A stretch of DNA of 64,000 bases, from positions 558,001 through 622,000 of the forward strand of contig CDLV01000013.1 of the NCBI GenBank assembly GCA_001244265.2, given 5' to 3'. Position numbers and translations under genes: made by a program. Positions 12,793-26,645 of this stretch are shown here, one piece after another. The notes under the pieces are model-generated. The model had not been told where the DNA came from, made no database searches, and saw only the letters and a program-made list of their open reading frames with translations. The number at the start of each line of letters is the position of its first letter. Within the stretch, counting starts at the first letter, position 1. The stretch is from Microbotryum violaceum. Lineage: Eukaryota.

Positions 12793-14854
12793 TTACGCGA
12801 ATAGTTTGCCAAACTTTTTGCGTTCGGCCTCCTTCTTGGCCTTGATCTTGAGTTTTGTCTTTTCCAATCTACAGATCAGAGCCAATCAGGTCAGCAGGTG
12901 TAAGTTATTGACGAGAGGCTGCGTTCGTTCGTGGCAGCTTACTCTGCTTCAATAGCCTTATCACCCTTGACCAGAGCCCTAGCCTCTTCCAGATCCTTGA
13001 CCGCCCCGGCTTCCTCCTTGATCGCTGCTTTACCCAACGCCCTCCTGTACAAACACTTGGCCTTGTCCGCATCCGAGAGAGGTGTCCTCATCTCTTGCTT
13101 ATCGGCATCACCGTCGAGGTTCAGGGCTTTGGTCGCTTGGTCGATCGCGAGTTGGGCATCCGAGGCTTTGATGGGGTTGGACGTCTTGAGTGCCGTCAAG
13201 GCCGAATTGAGGAAGAGGGACAGACGAAGCGCGACAAACTTTTGTTCGAGATCATAGTCGCGCGACGGGAGCACGGGATGTACGTCGAGGTCTATGAGCC
13301 GAGAAATTTACTTTTCAGGCTTAGGGTGCTTTGTGGCTTGAACGTCGGCCTCGACTTACATCGGAGGGCCTTGAGGTACTTGCTTTGTGCGGCCTTGAAA
13401 TCACCAGCTTGGAACAACTCGGTACCTTTGGTCTTGATCTCCGTCGCGATCTTGAGCACGATGTTGGGCTGGAACGCGATCAGGTCGTCGTCAGTTGTGA
13501 CCCAGAATATCATCAAAGTGGTGTCTGGACTTACGGCTCCAACGTCACTCTCATCATCACTGGGGTAATCCTCGTGACCATCGGCATGAGGATCGGGCTT
13601 GACTCCATCGTCCTCACCCTCGGCCAATTGCCCGCAATCGGCGATCACGATCTTCTCCGTCGGGCTGTCGGATTTGACGGGAGCGTTCTCCATGAGACGA
13701 ACGATCGAGCGCCCCTTGATGACCTTTCCAAACACAACGTGTTTTCCGTCAAGGTGAGGGGTTGGCACAGTCGTAATGCTGTGGCAAAGTCAAGCAAGTC
13801 ATGGCAAAGTCAGAAATGTGGACCGATACAAAAAAAAGATTACGAACGCGATGGGCACTGACAAGAATTGGGAGCCGTTCGTGCCGGGTCCAGCGTTGGC
13901 CATCGAAAGCAGGAAGGGCTGATCGTGCTTTAATTCAAAGCTAAAAGATCATAAAGTGAAAATGTCAGCACTGTTGCTTGCTGCATCAGCCTACATGGCC
14001 CATCACAATGACGCACTTTTCGTCCTCGAACTTTTCGCCGTAGATGGATTCACCGCCCATGCCATTACCCATGGTAAAGTCACCACCCTGAGCAAGTGCG
14101 CAGGTTAGTCAGTTTGGTTCATAAAGAATCGAGTCAAATTCTGAGCCACGCACTTGGCACATGAATCTAAGCGACAAGAATCAAGAAGATGAAATGTCGA
14201 CGGGGTCAGCTCGCTCCATTTTTTAGCAAAAGGGGAGCCCCACTTGGCGGTCCTACTAGGCTCGCGCGATCACAAGCGAGCGCTAAAGGTGGGAGAACGC
14301 AGAACGGGAAGGTGTCGAATCTACCAGATTGGTCGCTCACCTCTTGATGATCCTGTAGGCCAAGAGTGATGACCGAGTGAGATCAGTCAAGAGCAAAGAC
14401 CTCCTAACTCGGACGAGGCCCTAGAGAGGTGCGCCGCGACGTCCGAGTGCTTACCTGTGGAACGTCGAGTGTTTGTAGTGCAACGGCTTGCCACTGTTTC
14501 CGGTCCCCTTCTCTCCCGTACACAGTGCCCTAAAGTTCTCTGCGGTCTTGGGTACGACATCGGAGAAGAGCTCAAAGACGATGCGACCGGCCTCGTTCTC
14601 GTTGATGGTGCTGTCGGCGACGGAGGCACAGAGAGGGGGAGAGAGGGGGAGAGAGCACGTCAGCCGAGAAGGATAGCTGCGAAAACTTTTGTTTGCCCAA
14701 CTGACATGTCAAAGTAGACGCGTGGTCGAGGGGCACTACCCGGTGCTGGCGAGGCGATCGTGCCTTTGGGGCCAGCTGGGGTCTCGTTGAGGTCTGCGAT
14801 GGACGAGTCGCTCGAGGCGATGCTGGCCGTTTCAACTTGATCAATCTCAGACAT
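12793..14854 (-). CDS. CPR6: Cyclophilin-40 (PPIase D) with C-terminal TPR domain
   Basis: [52 protein letters not shown] region KTKGTELF...KYLKALR...KCLYRRA. Confidence 0.92.
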
Positions 14855-15019
14855 GACAGTAGGTTATTGCGGTGAAATTGGCTGGCTGGGGTAGGGTGTG
14901 GTGCAAGTGAAGGAAAGGGTAATAGTCCAAGAGCCAAAGGGGAATGACCGAACCTGAAAAGTCGCCCAGTTCGGCTCCGCGTTCCACGCTTTTCCACGAC
15001 GTTCCACGGCCCGCGGAGC

Positions 15020-15175
15020 TACCTAATCCATTAATCCGCTCATTAATCCGGTTCATTAGCAGTGATCGACGCCGACTTGGCGCGATCGTCGACGCGCCTC
15101 TGCGACGTATTAATAATCGAACTCGGCCTTGCTCAGCTTCACGCTCAGCTTCACTTCACGCTCAGCTTCACGGCT
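15020..15175. promoter_or_regulatory. Bidirectional promoter between CPR6 and SKI2 with short tandem motifs
   Basis: About 365 bp between divergent starts; repeated (CAT)TAATCC motifs at ~15024-15058 and GCTCAGCTTCAC x3 at ~15131-15171. Confidence 0.45.
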
Positions 15176-15218
15176 CGACCCGCACCCACACCCTCCCACA
15201 CCGGCACGGCCCACGACC

Positions 15219-18200
15219 ATGCCCCGTACTCTGGCAGGTGAGGATGTCGCAGCGTTGCTCGCTGAGTTGGACGTCGCACAAGCTCCTTCACCGGACGCGA
15301 TTCGCCAGGAGATCATCAACGACTGGCTCATCCCATCTCAGGGAGGCCACAAGGAACTCCACGAGCCGAGTTGGAGGTTGTGAGTCGCGTTCGTCGCGTT
15401 CCTGCACTCCTGCACTCCTGTAGGGTCTTGTCAGCTGGAGCTGAAACTGCCCCCCGCTTGACATCGGTCGAGCCCAGAAACTGGAACCGACCGGTCGACA
15501 TCCGTTCGCTGTTGCACGTCGAACCAACCCACCCAACCACCTCATTGACCCTCCTCACCTCGGGTTTCGACGGCCACATCTCGGGCTACAGAGAGACCAC
15601 CGTCACCGCGTCGAGTCAAGCCAGGACCGCACTCAACTCGACCAGCCTCGACAGGAAGCCGGCCAACTACTCCAACAATGGCTTCGTGCGCGGCAAGAGC
15701 ACCTACTACCCCTTCCGACCGGGAGGCCTTGGCGAGGTCATTGGTTTGCAAGAGGCGCATGATTTCTCCGAGGGGCAAACCGAGAGGTTGGAAAACGCGT
15801 TCGAGAAAGGGTCTGGTCAGTTCAGGAACGAGACTTCCGGCCGATCGTAAGTCGGGGAGGCCCCTGAGCCCCGAGCTGAACTCGAACCCCTCTCTTGGCG
15901 ATCAACTGCGTGTCAGGTGGGATCAGGACCGTACCACCGGGCTTCACAAGAGGCTTGGACTTTGGGTCGGTCGATGAAGGTGAAGAGGCGTTGATGGAAG
16001 AGGAGGAACAGCTCGGCAGTCACGTCGAACCCATCTATCAGCCGATGCTCAACGTCGAGCTGGCCTCAACCAGAGAAAGCGTTAGTTGCTAGCGCCAACC
16101 TCAGACTATCAAGCTGCGCATTAATAATGCCGAGCACCCTTTCATACAGTCTTCGCGGAAAAAGGATGGGGCAGCACCTCGACTGGACCCTGCAATCGAC
16201 AAGCTGCTGCCCACCGAGGTCTGTTTGGTCGCACCAACCTTGTCCAAAGCAATTCACCAATTGACAAGATAATTTCCTAATACTCGTAGAGTACCCTCAA
16301 TGTCACAACCAAAACGACGTCCACAAGACGGCGGCCCGTCATCGCCAAGCGTGACTGGGCGCACGTCGTTGATGTCAATCGGGAAATCGCAAACTTCAGT
16401 CAGCTCGTTCCCGACATGGCACGAGAAGTGAGTCATGCATTGCTTGCCGGTTCGAAACTCGACATCTGATCAACGCGTTACCCGATGTAGTACCCCTTCG
16501 AGCTCGACACCTTCCAAAAAGAAGCAATACACCACATGGAACTGGGCGAATCTGTCTTCGTGGCGGCCCACACGTCCGCAGGCAAGACGGTCGTGGCAGA
16601 ATACGCTATCGCGCTCGCAGTCAAGCACATGACTCGTGCCATTTACACCTCGCCCATCAAGGCTTTGTCGAACCAAAAATTCCGTGACTTTCAACGAACG
16701 TTCGAACCGAGTCAGGTCGGTATCTTGACGGGAGATGTGCAGATCAATCCGGAAGCGAGTTGCTTGATCATGACGACCGAGATCCTGAGGAGTATGCTGT
16801 ACAAGGCGAGTCGCAATCTTCGTCTTTTAGCGGTCTCGAGAGGCTTATAGGCTTTGTTCTTCTTGACTCGTAGGGGGCGGATCTGATTCGAGACGTCGAA
16901 TGGGTCATCTTTGACGAAATTCACTATGTCAACGATCTTGAGCGAGGTGTCGTCTGGGAAGAGGTCATCATCATGCTACCCGACCACGTCAATATCATCC
17001 TGCTCTCGGCGACCGTCCCCAACACAAAGGAGTTCGCGGATTGGGTAGGTCGAACGAAGAAGAAGGACATTTACGTCATTTCGACGCCGAAACGACCGGT
17101 CCCGCTCGAGCACTACCTGTACGCTGGGAAAGAGCTGCACAAGATCGTCGATGCGAAGGGACAGTTCTTGGGAACTGGGTCAGTGGGACGCGTCCAACCA
17201 AATTTGGTTATGGTAAGAACCTGCTGACAAGTTCTCCGACCCCCTTCGGCTATTAGATACAAGGAGGCGAACGAGTCACTAAAGCGAAAGCAAGAAAAGG
17301 ACCGAGAGGCCGCCGGTCTGGGACCTCTCACGGCGACAGGCGGTAGAGGAGGAGCCGCGGGTGGGCGAGGTGGCGCTGGCGCGAATGCTCGAGGTGGGGG
17401 CCAGAATCGAGGTGGAGGCAACGTCGCTCGAGCAGTCGCTTCGAGAGCCGCTTCGAACGCTATGAGGGGTTCTCGGGGAGGTATGGCGGCAGGACGGAAC
17501 GCACAAGGCAGAGGAGACGCCACGCTCTGGATCCATCTCATCGGCTTGCTCAAAAAGAAGGAACTGTTACCAGTGGTCGTCTTTACGTTCTCAAAGAAGC
17601 GGTGCGAAGAGAACGCCGCGAGCATGCCGAATACGGATCTGCTCAACGCCGCGGAGAAGAGCGAGGTGCATGTCGTCATTGAGAGGAGTTTGACCCGGTT
17701 GAAGGGTAAGTCAAAAGTGGTGTTGGGTCACGACGATCGGGATTACTGAGTACGTGTGACGCTCTTCAGGCTCGGACAAAATGTTGCCTCAGATCCTGAA
17801 TATGCGGCAACTTCTTGGACGGGGCATCGGTGTGCACCATGGTGGTCTCCTTCCTATCGTAAAAGAGGTGTGCTTATATGCTCGAAACCGTCCTGACAAA
17901 TCCGAGACTGAGACCTATCGCGTTGTATGGTAGATCGTGGAGCTGCTCTTCGCCAGGGGTTTGGTCAAAGTGCTATTCGCTACCGAGACATTCGCAATGG
18001 TGAGTAGCAGTGATTTGGAAACTTCGTTTCCCCTATAATACCCAGGCTGACGAGTAGATGCATGACAGGGCGTCAACATGCCGGCCAAATGCGTCGTCTT
18101 CGCGAATATCCGCAAACATGATGGCCGCTCGTTCCGAGATCTGCTCCCCGGCGAATATACGCAAATGTCGGGCCGAGCGGGACGTCGAGGACTGGATAAG

Positions 18201-20171
18201 ACAGGAACGGTCATCATCGTCGCCGATTCCGACGTTCCCGAAACGACAACCTTGACGCACATGCTGCTCGGCCAACCGACGAAACTGCAGAGTCAATTCC
18301 GCTTGACTTACTCGATGATCCTGAACCTCTTGCGGGTTGAGGCACTCAGGGTCGAAGAGATGATTAAACGCAGTTTCTCGGAGAATACTTCGCAGAGGCT
18401 GCTGCCGGAACACGAGAAAAAGGTGGTCGAGGGCATGAACGAGCTGAAAGCGCTGAAGAAACTGGCAGCGGGGCCGGACACCGAAGAATTGTCACGGTTC
18501 TATGATCTGGAGGCACGGCTGGTTGAGCTCAATACGGCCGTTTTGGAGGGCGTGCTTTCCCACCCTCAGTCGGCAAAGGTCTTATCAGCTGGTCGCATCG
18601 TGATTCTCACGGATGGCGTGAGTCTTCGTTCACTCCTGCCCTCGCCGTGAAGGCATGTGCTGAACCGGTATTTTCCGTATCCGCAGCACTTCCGGGACAG
18701 CCCAGCAGTCATTCTCAAACAAGCTCCCATGGCAACTCTGCCGTCCGGGGTCATCGACCCCACGAAGCAGTTCTTCGTTCTCGCCTTCGTGCCCCCCGAA
18801 ATCAGGGCGGGTCACAACGACCTTGCCGCAGACGCCGTCCCACCACGGTGGCCGCCCCGGCCGCACGCCGCAAGCACCGGGCAAGAATTGACGTACGAGC
18901 TGGCTATCGTACCCATCACTTCCATCTCGCTTGTGACGGCATCGACGATGAAGGTAAGTCTCGACGCACGCGCTGGGAAAGCAGTAACTCCTGGAAGAAG
19001 ACTGACTCCTCCGACAACTTAACAGGTCGATGTTGACGGTATTGCCGAACGACACCTTAGAACGCCTATGGAAGCTGCCCTTGCCCAATGGAATGTGATG
19101 GCCAACACGCCTGACCTCTTGCGGGAATCCAACTGGTCCAAGATCCGCGGCCTCGAGTTCAGGACAGCGTTGACCGAACGTGACGAACGAGCCAAAGAGC
19201 TCAATTTCTTTGACACCACGAGTCCCGACTTTGATGAAAATGTAGGTCAACAGATTCGGACATTGATTGTCTTGATTCCAAGCTGAGTTGGTCATTCACT
19301 TGGCGCAGTATCGACTACTTCATGTGGAGCGAACTCTGCAAGACAAGGTTGCGACATTGCGCATGGCCCTAAGCGAGCAAAACTTGGAGCTCCTGCCTGA
19401 CTACGAGCAACGCATCGCTGTGCTCAAGGAGCTACAGTTCATCGACGAGAACTCGACCGTGCTCATCAAAGGTCGCGTCGGCTGCGAGATCAATTCGGCC
19501 AACGAGTTGATCTTGACCGAACTCATCCTTGACAACACCTTCGCCACGTTTGAACCCGAGGAAGTCGTCGCTTTACTTTCGTCCTTCATTTTCCAAGAAA
19601 AGACTGACGTTGAGCCGCTACTCACACCCAAGCTTGAAGAGGTGCGCTAACATGATTCTTTTTGATTCGCTGAGATTCGCGACCCCCTTCCAACACCGAG
19701 CTGACAATCGAGAGCCTCAAAAATGTGCAGGGCAAAGCGACGATCGTCGAAATCGCGGACCGGGTTGAAGCAGTGCAAAGCCGCCATCGCGCCAACTTTG
19801 CCGACGACGGCCAATTTGGCAATAGGGGACTCAAATTTGGTCTCGTGGAAGTCGTTTACGAATGGGCGAAAGGCATGGTCAGTTTCTGCGGTTCGATCGC
19901 CTTCCGCCCCCATATCACCCCCACGTGAGCGTGCTGACCGATCCCGCGTGCCCTGCATTTCGGAAAATCGCAGGCATTCAGCCAAATCACGGCGCTGACA
20001 GATGTGCAAGAAGGAACGATCGTTCGTGCCATCACCCGACTCGATGAAACGTGCCGCGAAGTGCGTGATGCCGCACGCATCGTCGGCAACTCGGACTTGT
20101 TCACCAAGATGGAGCAGTGCCAGCTCAAGATTCGGCGCGACATCGTGTTCTGTGCCAGTCTGTACTTCTGA
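15219..20171 (+). CDS. SKI2: Ski2 DExH RNA helicase (SKI complex)
   Basis: [35 protein letters not shown]-rich insert, [19 protein letters not shown]-terminal [13 protein letters not shown]. Confidence 0.96.
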
Positions 20172-20227
20172 GTTTGGGGGACCACCGTCTGTATTGGGGG
20201 TCTTATCTGCTTGGAGTTCATTTTTAG

Positions 20228-20256
<29 letters not shown>
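20228..20256. repeat. Poly(C)/poly(G) homopolymer
   Basis: About 29 consecutive C just downstream of the SKI2 stop. Confidence 0.9.
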
Positions 20257-20258
<2 letters not shown>

Positions 20259-21228
20259 GGGCGGTTCTGCCTATTCCTCGTCTCGGAGATCGGGCAAGCG
20301 CCGAGCGGTGTCCACAGCGCACAGGCGCACGTGCACCCCGCAAGCGCCTAACTTCAAGTGGCCCCCATTGCAAGCATGCCAATCAGGCCCCCTTTGACCC
20401 AGAACGTTGCTTTATCATAAACTCCTCCGGTAATTTCAGTTATCTGTACCTTGACTCCCTGCGACGTTCATGGGGTCAGAGGCTGCCAGGCAAAGGTGGG
20501 AAAAGTTAAGATTGAGTGCGGCACTTCAATTGCCTCGGAGCAGTGGAAGGGAGTCGCTCCTAATTCGCGCGAACTGGTTGGTTGACATGAAAAGATTCGC
20601 TTATCCCCGAGGACCCAAAAAAATGAGGTTTCGAGGTCGACAACCTTCCAATCGTGATCGACTTGGGTGGGCTTCGGCGCTTACGTGACGCCCTCGCTGT
20701 GATTCGAGGACGTCATTTTTGATCGGGTTGGGACCTCCGGCTTGAGCTGATCACGCGATCACGCCCCACCGTGTGCATTTGATCTTTCGCAGTCGTGCCC
20801 TACGATTCAAACGAGAACGTGCGGTTCCGCAACAGGATACAGCATCCATTCGAGTGGATCCGAGGGTCTTAGCGAATATTGAAACACCTACATGTGAACA
20901 TGAGAATGGCTGAAGGAGCTCCTGTTTGATCTTGATTAATTCGGTGCTAGTATGTCGCGGTGGACCGATCGCCGCGCACAATCTCGGCGATTGCGATCAC
21001 AGCCCGGAGCGTCGGCCCCTGAAACGTGGTTGAGCGAAAGTTGCCGCGCGGGTCAACCGGCCAATGATTGCGGAAAAGCATTGGGGTCTGCACAAGCTGC
21101 GACAAACTTGACTGGCTTCCCTTTACCTCTGTCGACTCTCTTTCCGTTCTTTCTGCAGTACTCCAGCTTTTCTGACCGAGTTCGACGATTCGACCCCCTC
21201 CATCAACTGCGCCGCCACCCCCACCGGC

Positions 21229-23550
21229 ATGCTCGCCCTTATTTCATTACTTGCCCTCATCAGTGGAGCGTGCGCGCTTCCCAATGCTCAAGCAGCCGTC
21301 CCCGCCGCGCTCCAATCGAATTTGGCTTACCGCTCCCCTTCGCTCAATGTCCGAGCTCTCGAAATCGATACCGGAGCCGTGTTCTCGAGGAAGCGTTGGG
21401 CCAACACCTTCAGCGGAAATCTGTCTTTCCCGTTCGGTGTCGCCTCCGGTGATCCGTGAGTTTCATGATGATGCTTGACCTCCTTGCCACGTGGGGAGCG
21501 GGACGGAGTTTTTTTTCCGAGTCGCCTCCTGTCGGAGGTCCCACGAGCCTGCACGTGCGCTCCTGTCGATGTTCTCGTGGGGAGCTGACCGTGTAATGAT
21601 GACGAAATATACTACACTTCCTTTAGCTATTCTGATTCGGCTGTGCTCTGGACCATGCCTCGCAAGGTCGATCCCGAGGGACTTTATGGAGGCAACGCAT
21701 ACCCACCTATTTGCCTGCTCTGGGTCGTCGCCCCGACCAACAGCTCCTTCAAGATCGAAGATTCGGTTCAACACGGCTATGTGCAGACAACTATCGATAT
21801 CGACTTCTCCGTCAAGGTGATCGCCGACAACCTCAAGCCCTACACCAAGTACTACTACCGCTTCGAGTCATGCGAAGACGAGCCTGATCTCGGCGTTTCC
21901 CCCGTCGGATCATTCAAGACGCTGCCCGCGGAAAATGCCGATGTCGAGAAGCTGCGTCTGGCCGTTTTCAGTTGCGCCAACTACCCCTTTGGATTCTTCA
22001 ACGCTTACGGCGCCGCGGCCAGCAACAGCGACCGTTTGGATTACGTCCAGCACATCGGTAAGTTTTCACACCTTTCAGTCTTGTGAATGGAGGTGTTCCT
22101 CTCTGAATCGAGTCTTCCCGATGTCTTCCAACTCCAGGCGACTACATCTACGAGTACGCCAACGGTGCTTACGGAGATGGAACCGCTCTCAACCGCATCC
22201 CGCAGCCCCTTCGCGAATGCTCCTCACTCCAGGACTATCGCGACCGCTACGCCACCTACCGCAGCGACCCCGACTTGCAAAAGCTGCACCAGGTTCTCGC
22301 TTGGCAAACTGTGTAAAGTGCTTTCTGGTGGCCGAGTCACTCCCGTACCCTTCAGCTCGAGCTAGCTCTCGAACATATCTGAGTCGGACTTAGACTAACT
22401 GGAGCCCCTGAATATTCCCTTCCTCCAGCTGGGACGACCATGAAGTCGCCGACAATACTTGGGCGCATGGATCCGCCGATAGCAACGACACCGTTCAAGG
22501 CCAGATCGGGCTTAACCAGTTCAGTGCTCGCAAGGCCAACGCTGTTCGTGGTGAGTTTTGCTTCTTCGATATCGAGTGATATGTCGATGCTCGGGAGGCA
22601 TCGTCGCTGATCGGTTCTGCTGCTTCTCGATCTTAGCCTATTTCGAGTGGATGCCGATCCGACAAGTCGAAACCGACGACAAGCTCCGCATCTGGCGCAC
22701 ATTTAAGCTGGGCAAGCTGGCGACGATGATCATGCTCGATACTCGCCAATATGACCGCTCTCTCACCGATCTGTACTACAACACCAAACAAGTGGCCGCC
22801 GTCGCCGATTCGTCGAGTCGCTCGATGACCGGATCAAAGCAACAAGCTTGGTTCTTCGATCAGCTTAAGCAACATCAGGAACGAAAAGCTACGTGGCCCC
22901 TCATCATGCAGCAGGTCGTATTCTCTCGAGTCAACTACACAATCTCGACTGAAGGAAGCACCGACTTCAACTTTGACGCATGGGAAGGCTATCGCTACCA
23001 GCGCGAGCAGATCCTGCAGTTCATCAAGAAGCAGAAGATTGAGAACACGGTCGTCCTCTCGGGCGACTCGCACGCTTCTTGGGTCTTTGATTTGGTCGAG
23101 ACCAACTCGACGACCTACAACCCTGCGACCGGTGAAGGTGCCTTGGGGGTCGAGTTCGCTGGATCGGCCGTCTCTTCGCCATCATCGTACGGCCATGGCC
23201 CGAGCTTTACCGATGAAGTCTACAGTGAGTAAAGGTCACGTTCTGAGGTATTGCGGTGTAAATAGATACTGACCCGGTATTTGGTCCTCGCAGAGGGTAT
23301 CGCCAAGGGCCTCACCCTTGCGTCTCCTTCCTTGCTCTACGCCGAAGGCAAACTCAGGGGTTACTTCGAGCTACTCGTCACCCCCAAGGCGGTTCAAGCT
23401 CACTACTATGGCTTCGTGGACCAAGCGACTCGCAACTATAATGTGACGGAGATGGGCGTCTTCGAGACTCTCCTTGGAGCCAATAGAATCACACGTCCTG
23501 TGAACAGCGGCACCGTTCCTGTTTACGGGGCTCTCGGTGCTCACTTGTGA
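21229..23550 (+). CDS. Secreted PhoD-family alkaline phosphatase
   Basis: Signal peptide; FPFGVASGDP, AVFSCANY..GFFNAY, HIGDYIYEY, WDDHEVADN, AYFEWMPIR, LDTRQYDR, DAWEGY, LSGDSH. Confidence 0.93.
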
Positions 23551-23740
23551 TGATCTCAATCGATCTGGAGGCTTCCTCAACCAGTGTCGTAAGCCCTTCT
23601 CCCGTGGATTCCTACTTCAGTAGCTTTCAAATTTCATCAAATATATTCCTTGGAAAAGACCTAAACTTTTGCAGTCTAAATACGCTAGTGACCCTCCATA
23701 GTATCGCACATGCATTTTGCCGAGGGTGGTAGCATCATAG

Positions 23741-26645
23741 CTAGCAGTTCTTCGGTATCTTTACATTCGGTCCGACTCCTTCCCAAGCATCGAGATACTC
23801 ACAGCCTTCAATCCGTTCGTACCACTTCGGCCCTGCCGAGCCTCTCGCGACCCCAGGAATCTTCAGGGGACCCTCGGCGGCCGTCTCCGCGTATCTAGGA
23901 AGCTCCGAGGTTTTGTAAACGTCACCATTGGGTCCTCCTAAACCGATCGTTTTGGGAGGCCAAGAAATGTTGCCGCGATCCATGGTTGCTCCCGAGTCGG
24001 GTCCCGCACCTGTCTGCCAGGAGGTGAGTTTGCCGCTGAAACGAACCCCCTTTGGTTGAGGTCGTTCAGCCTCGTCGAACAGGCGACGACAATGCCCTCG
24101 ACTTTGTCGCGGATTCCGAGGGATATAGCCTTGCTCCAATCCCATACTGTACGACCACATTGGATTCACCGCGCGTGTGGGATTGCGCAATGAAGGGCCC
24201 GTTTTCCATCTGAAGCATAAGTGGGACTGAAAGTGTCAGGACGAGAGTTGTCAAGGCGACTGCATCCTACCAAGTAGTGACTGACGTCCAGAAGAACCAA
24301 TTCTGAAACGCATCCATGTGCGAAAGGGCGACGTCTTGCATGCCTTGCTTCGTCTCGGCGTCCCAGAGATCGGACCTCTCCCATTGCCCGCAGCCACCGG
24401 GCTGGGCCACCGATTTTTCTACCCCAGGATCGTCTAGTGTACCTTCGTACCGGGCCCCTGAGTGTATACCATTAATGAATCTATACGCATACAACCGGCT
24501 GAGTCATTGAGTAAACATATCTGAGGAAGCTGCGTTACTCACCTACCGCAGTCGTTGATAGCAACGGACCACTCCCCGACCATTCCGACGCCGAACGTTC
24601 GCATGGTCCGATTATGCAGGTGCATCCAAAGCTCACAAGGCTGAAAGTAGAATATACAAGTTAGTGCTTGAACGCCTGGATCGGTGGTTATTGGGACTGC
24701 GCTTTGGCCTTACTTTGAGAGCCTGCTGCCGCATCGTATGGTTATTCGAGGGGCGGAATGCAATGTACCGATGCGAATCGAGAGCGATGCGATCTGCGCC
24801 TGGCAAAAAGTCGAACCATTTGGCCGTTCCGATGAAACCATCATGGATGACGATGAACTAACAAACGACATCAAGGTATTCAGTCAACAGCCATCATCCT
24901 CTCTTCGAACCCGACTACTCACCGGCCCATTGCCGCCTCCATACCCCGACTCTGCTCTCACAACTTCGTACAGCTTGAGATAACTATGATCTCATCCCGA
25001 TTGAATTTAGGTGAAAACCTTAGGGAACCTCAAACCGAACAGCTACTTACAATGCTCGCAAAGCCGTTGTCCCTATTGTCTCTACAAGTGGTTCATTGAT
25101 TGGGCTGAACATGCAGATGACCTGTATCACGGGCTGTTCTGGTCAGTAGTTATATAAGAACGAAATGTGAAATCAGTCAACTGACATCACGATTGATTGG
25201 AAGGCTGATGAACTTGGCGAGAGCCCGAACGACGTTGATCGTTCTCTCGGCATTGGCCATGCCCATTACCCCGTTCAACAAGCCGACTGTGCCGCTTTTA
25301 CCACCGTGGTTCCATCCACTGTGTATCACAATGAGTTTCCATATCAGTATGTACGCTTCAGAACCCCCTTAATAGGCACTGACTTTGCCGAACCCGGCAC
25401 GGCGTGCAGATCAAGGTTGATGCGCAGTCCGTATTTCCTTGCCCACTCGATCGCCTTCAGAAAGTCTGTGGATCGGGATGGGAAGAGCGGATAAGTACGA
25501 GAAAACCAGGGTATTACACGTCTTCCACAGTGACCTCAAGACTGACATTTCCATGAAACGTGAGCCAAAAACGGCTCGCCTTCGAGCGTTTCGATCGCCC
25601 AATAGCTGATGGGCACGCGGACCCAATTCAAACCCGCACCGGCGATTTCCGCAAAATCTTTTTCCGTAATAAACGTCTCGTAGTGGTGGGTCAGAACGGC
25701 CTCGAGTCGGTCGCCGAGATGCACGGATAGCCCATATTCATCTTTCGGGGGCGGGTCGTAGTCGAGGTAAGGCTCGAACATTGCAGGGGTGATGAAGGGC
25801 TCTAAGGTGAGCCAACTTGTCCCATTTTCTACCCCAAGGTCAGCGGCTTAGTGCTGATAGGAACTGGTGATATCATTCACTCACCCGCCCATGCTGACGC
25901 CAAAGATTGTTTGACGAGAGAAGTCCCATCGCCGCGAAAGTGGAGGGGTGTCCGACTGACATCGGGCAGCCAGACTATTCACCCGAGCATCCCATACCCC
26001 TCCACTGGGACAAGTGCGCGGTGTTAGCGCGGTTCGAAAGCATCGTCGGCGGCGCGTGACTCACAAGTCATTGCGGTACACAAATGTTCTCCCTGTCTCT
26101 GTCTTGACCAGACTTCCATCCGATCCCTGGGTAGGCCACGGACGTCCTGTGTCGTCAAAGATCGGAGATGGTGTCCACCACTCGTGGTCCTTGACCGTCT
26201 TCTTCGGCGGGCTGTCGTGGCCCTTCGCTGCGACGTCTGGTCTAGATGGGTCATATCTTCCTGAGATGGGCCCCGTCGACGGATGTCGGCCTGCTGGATG
26301 CGATCGTTGTAAAACGAATTGAATTCGAGATCTGTGACGGAGCGCCCAAAGAAAGATGAAGGCGAGCGCCAGAAGGTACACGATCTGCCTCCACCAGATC
26401 CGACGACGAAGGTGGGGTCGAGCCATCGAGTCGAGGAATGATGTTCTGCGAGCATGTCCAGACTGGCGCGACCAGGAGCCTTGAGGTTGCTTTTCCGACT
26501 GCGAAGCGAGTGGCAAGTGAATACCCGAGTGCACCGTCTCGAGAGAAGGGGTGCCGTGATGTGAGGTCGACGTGGTGGGTGAAGCAGAGCGACAATCAGG
26601 GAGTCCCATGGGTAAGACAACGTTGGAGGTGCTGGGATTTGTCAT
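23741..26645 (-). CDS. GH5 glucan 1,3-beta-glucosidase (exo-glucanase) with N-terminal membrane anchor
   Basis: WLTLEPFITP, HYETFITEKDFAEIAGAGLNWVRVP, DLHAVPGS..NHGG, INEP acid/base, VGEWS nucleophile, WFFWT; single TM (IVYLLALAFIFLWAL). Confidence 0.92.

Noticed and set aside
21466..21590. C/D snoRNA in PhoD intron 1 (ATGATGA ... CTGA)
   Set aside because: The CTGA is the probable branch point, and I recognised no terminal stem or rRNA guide.
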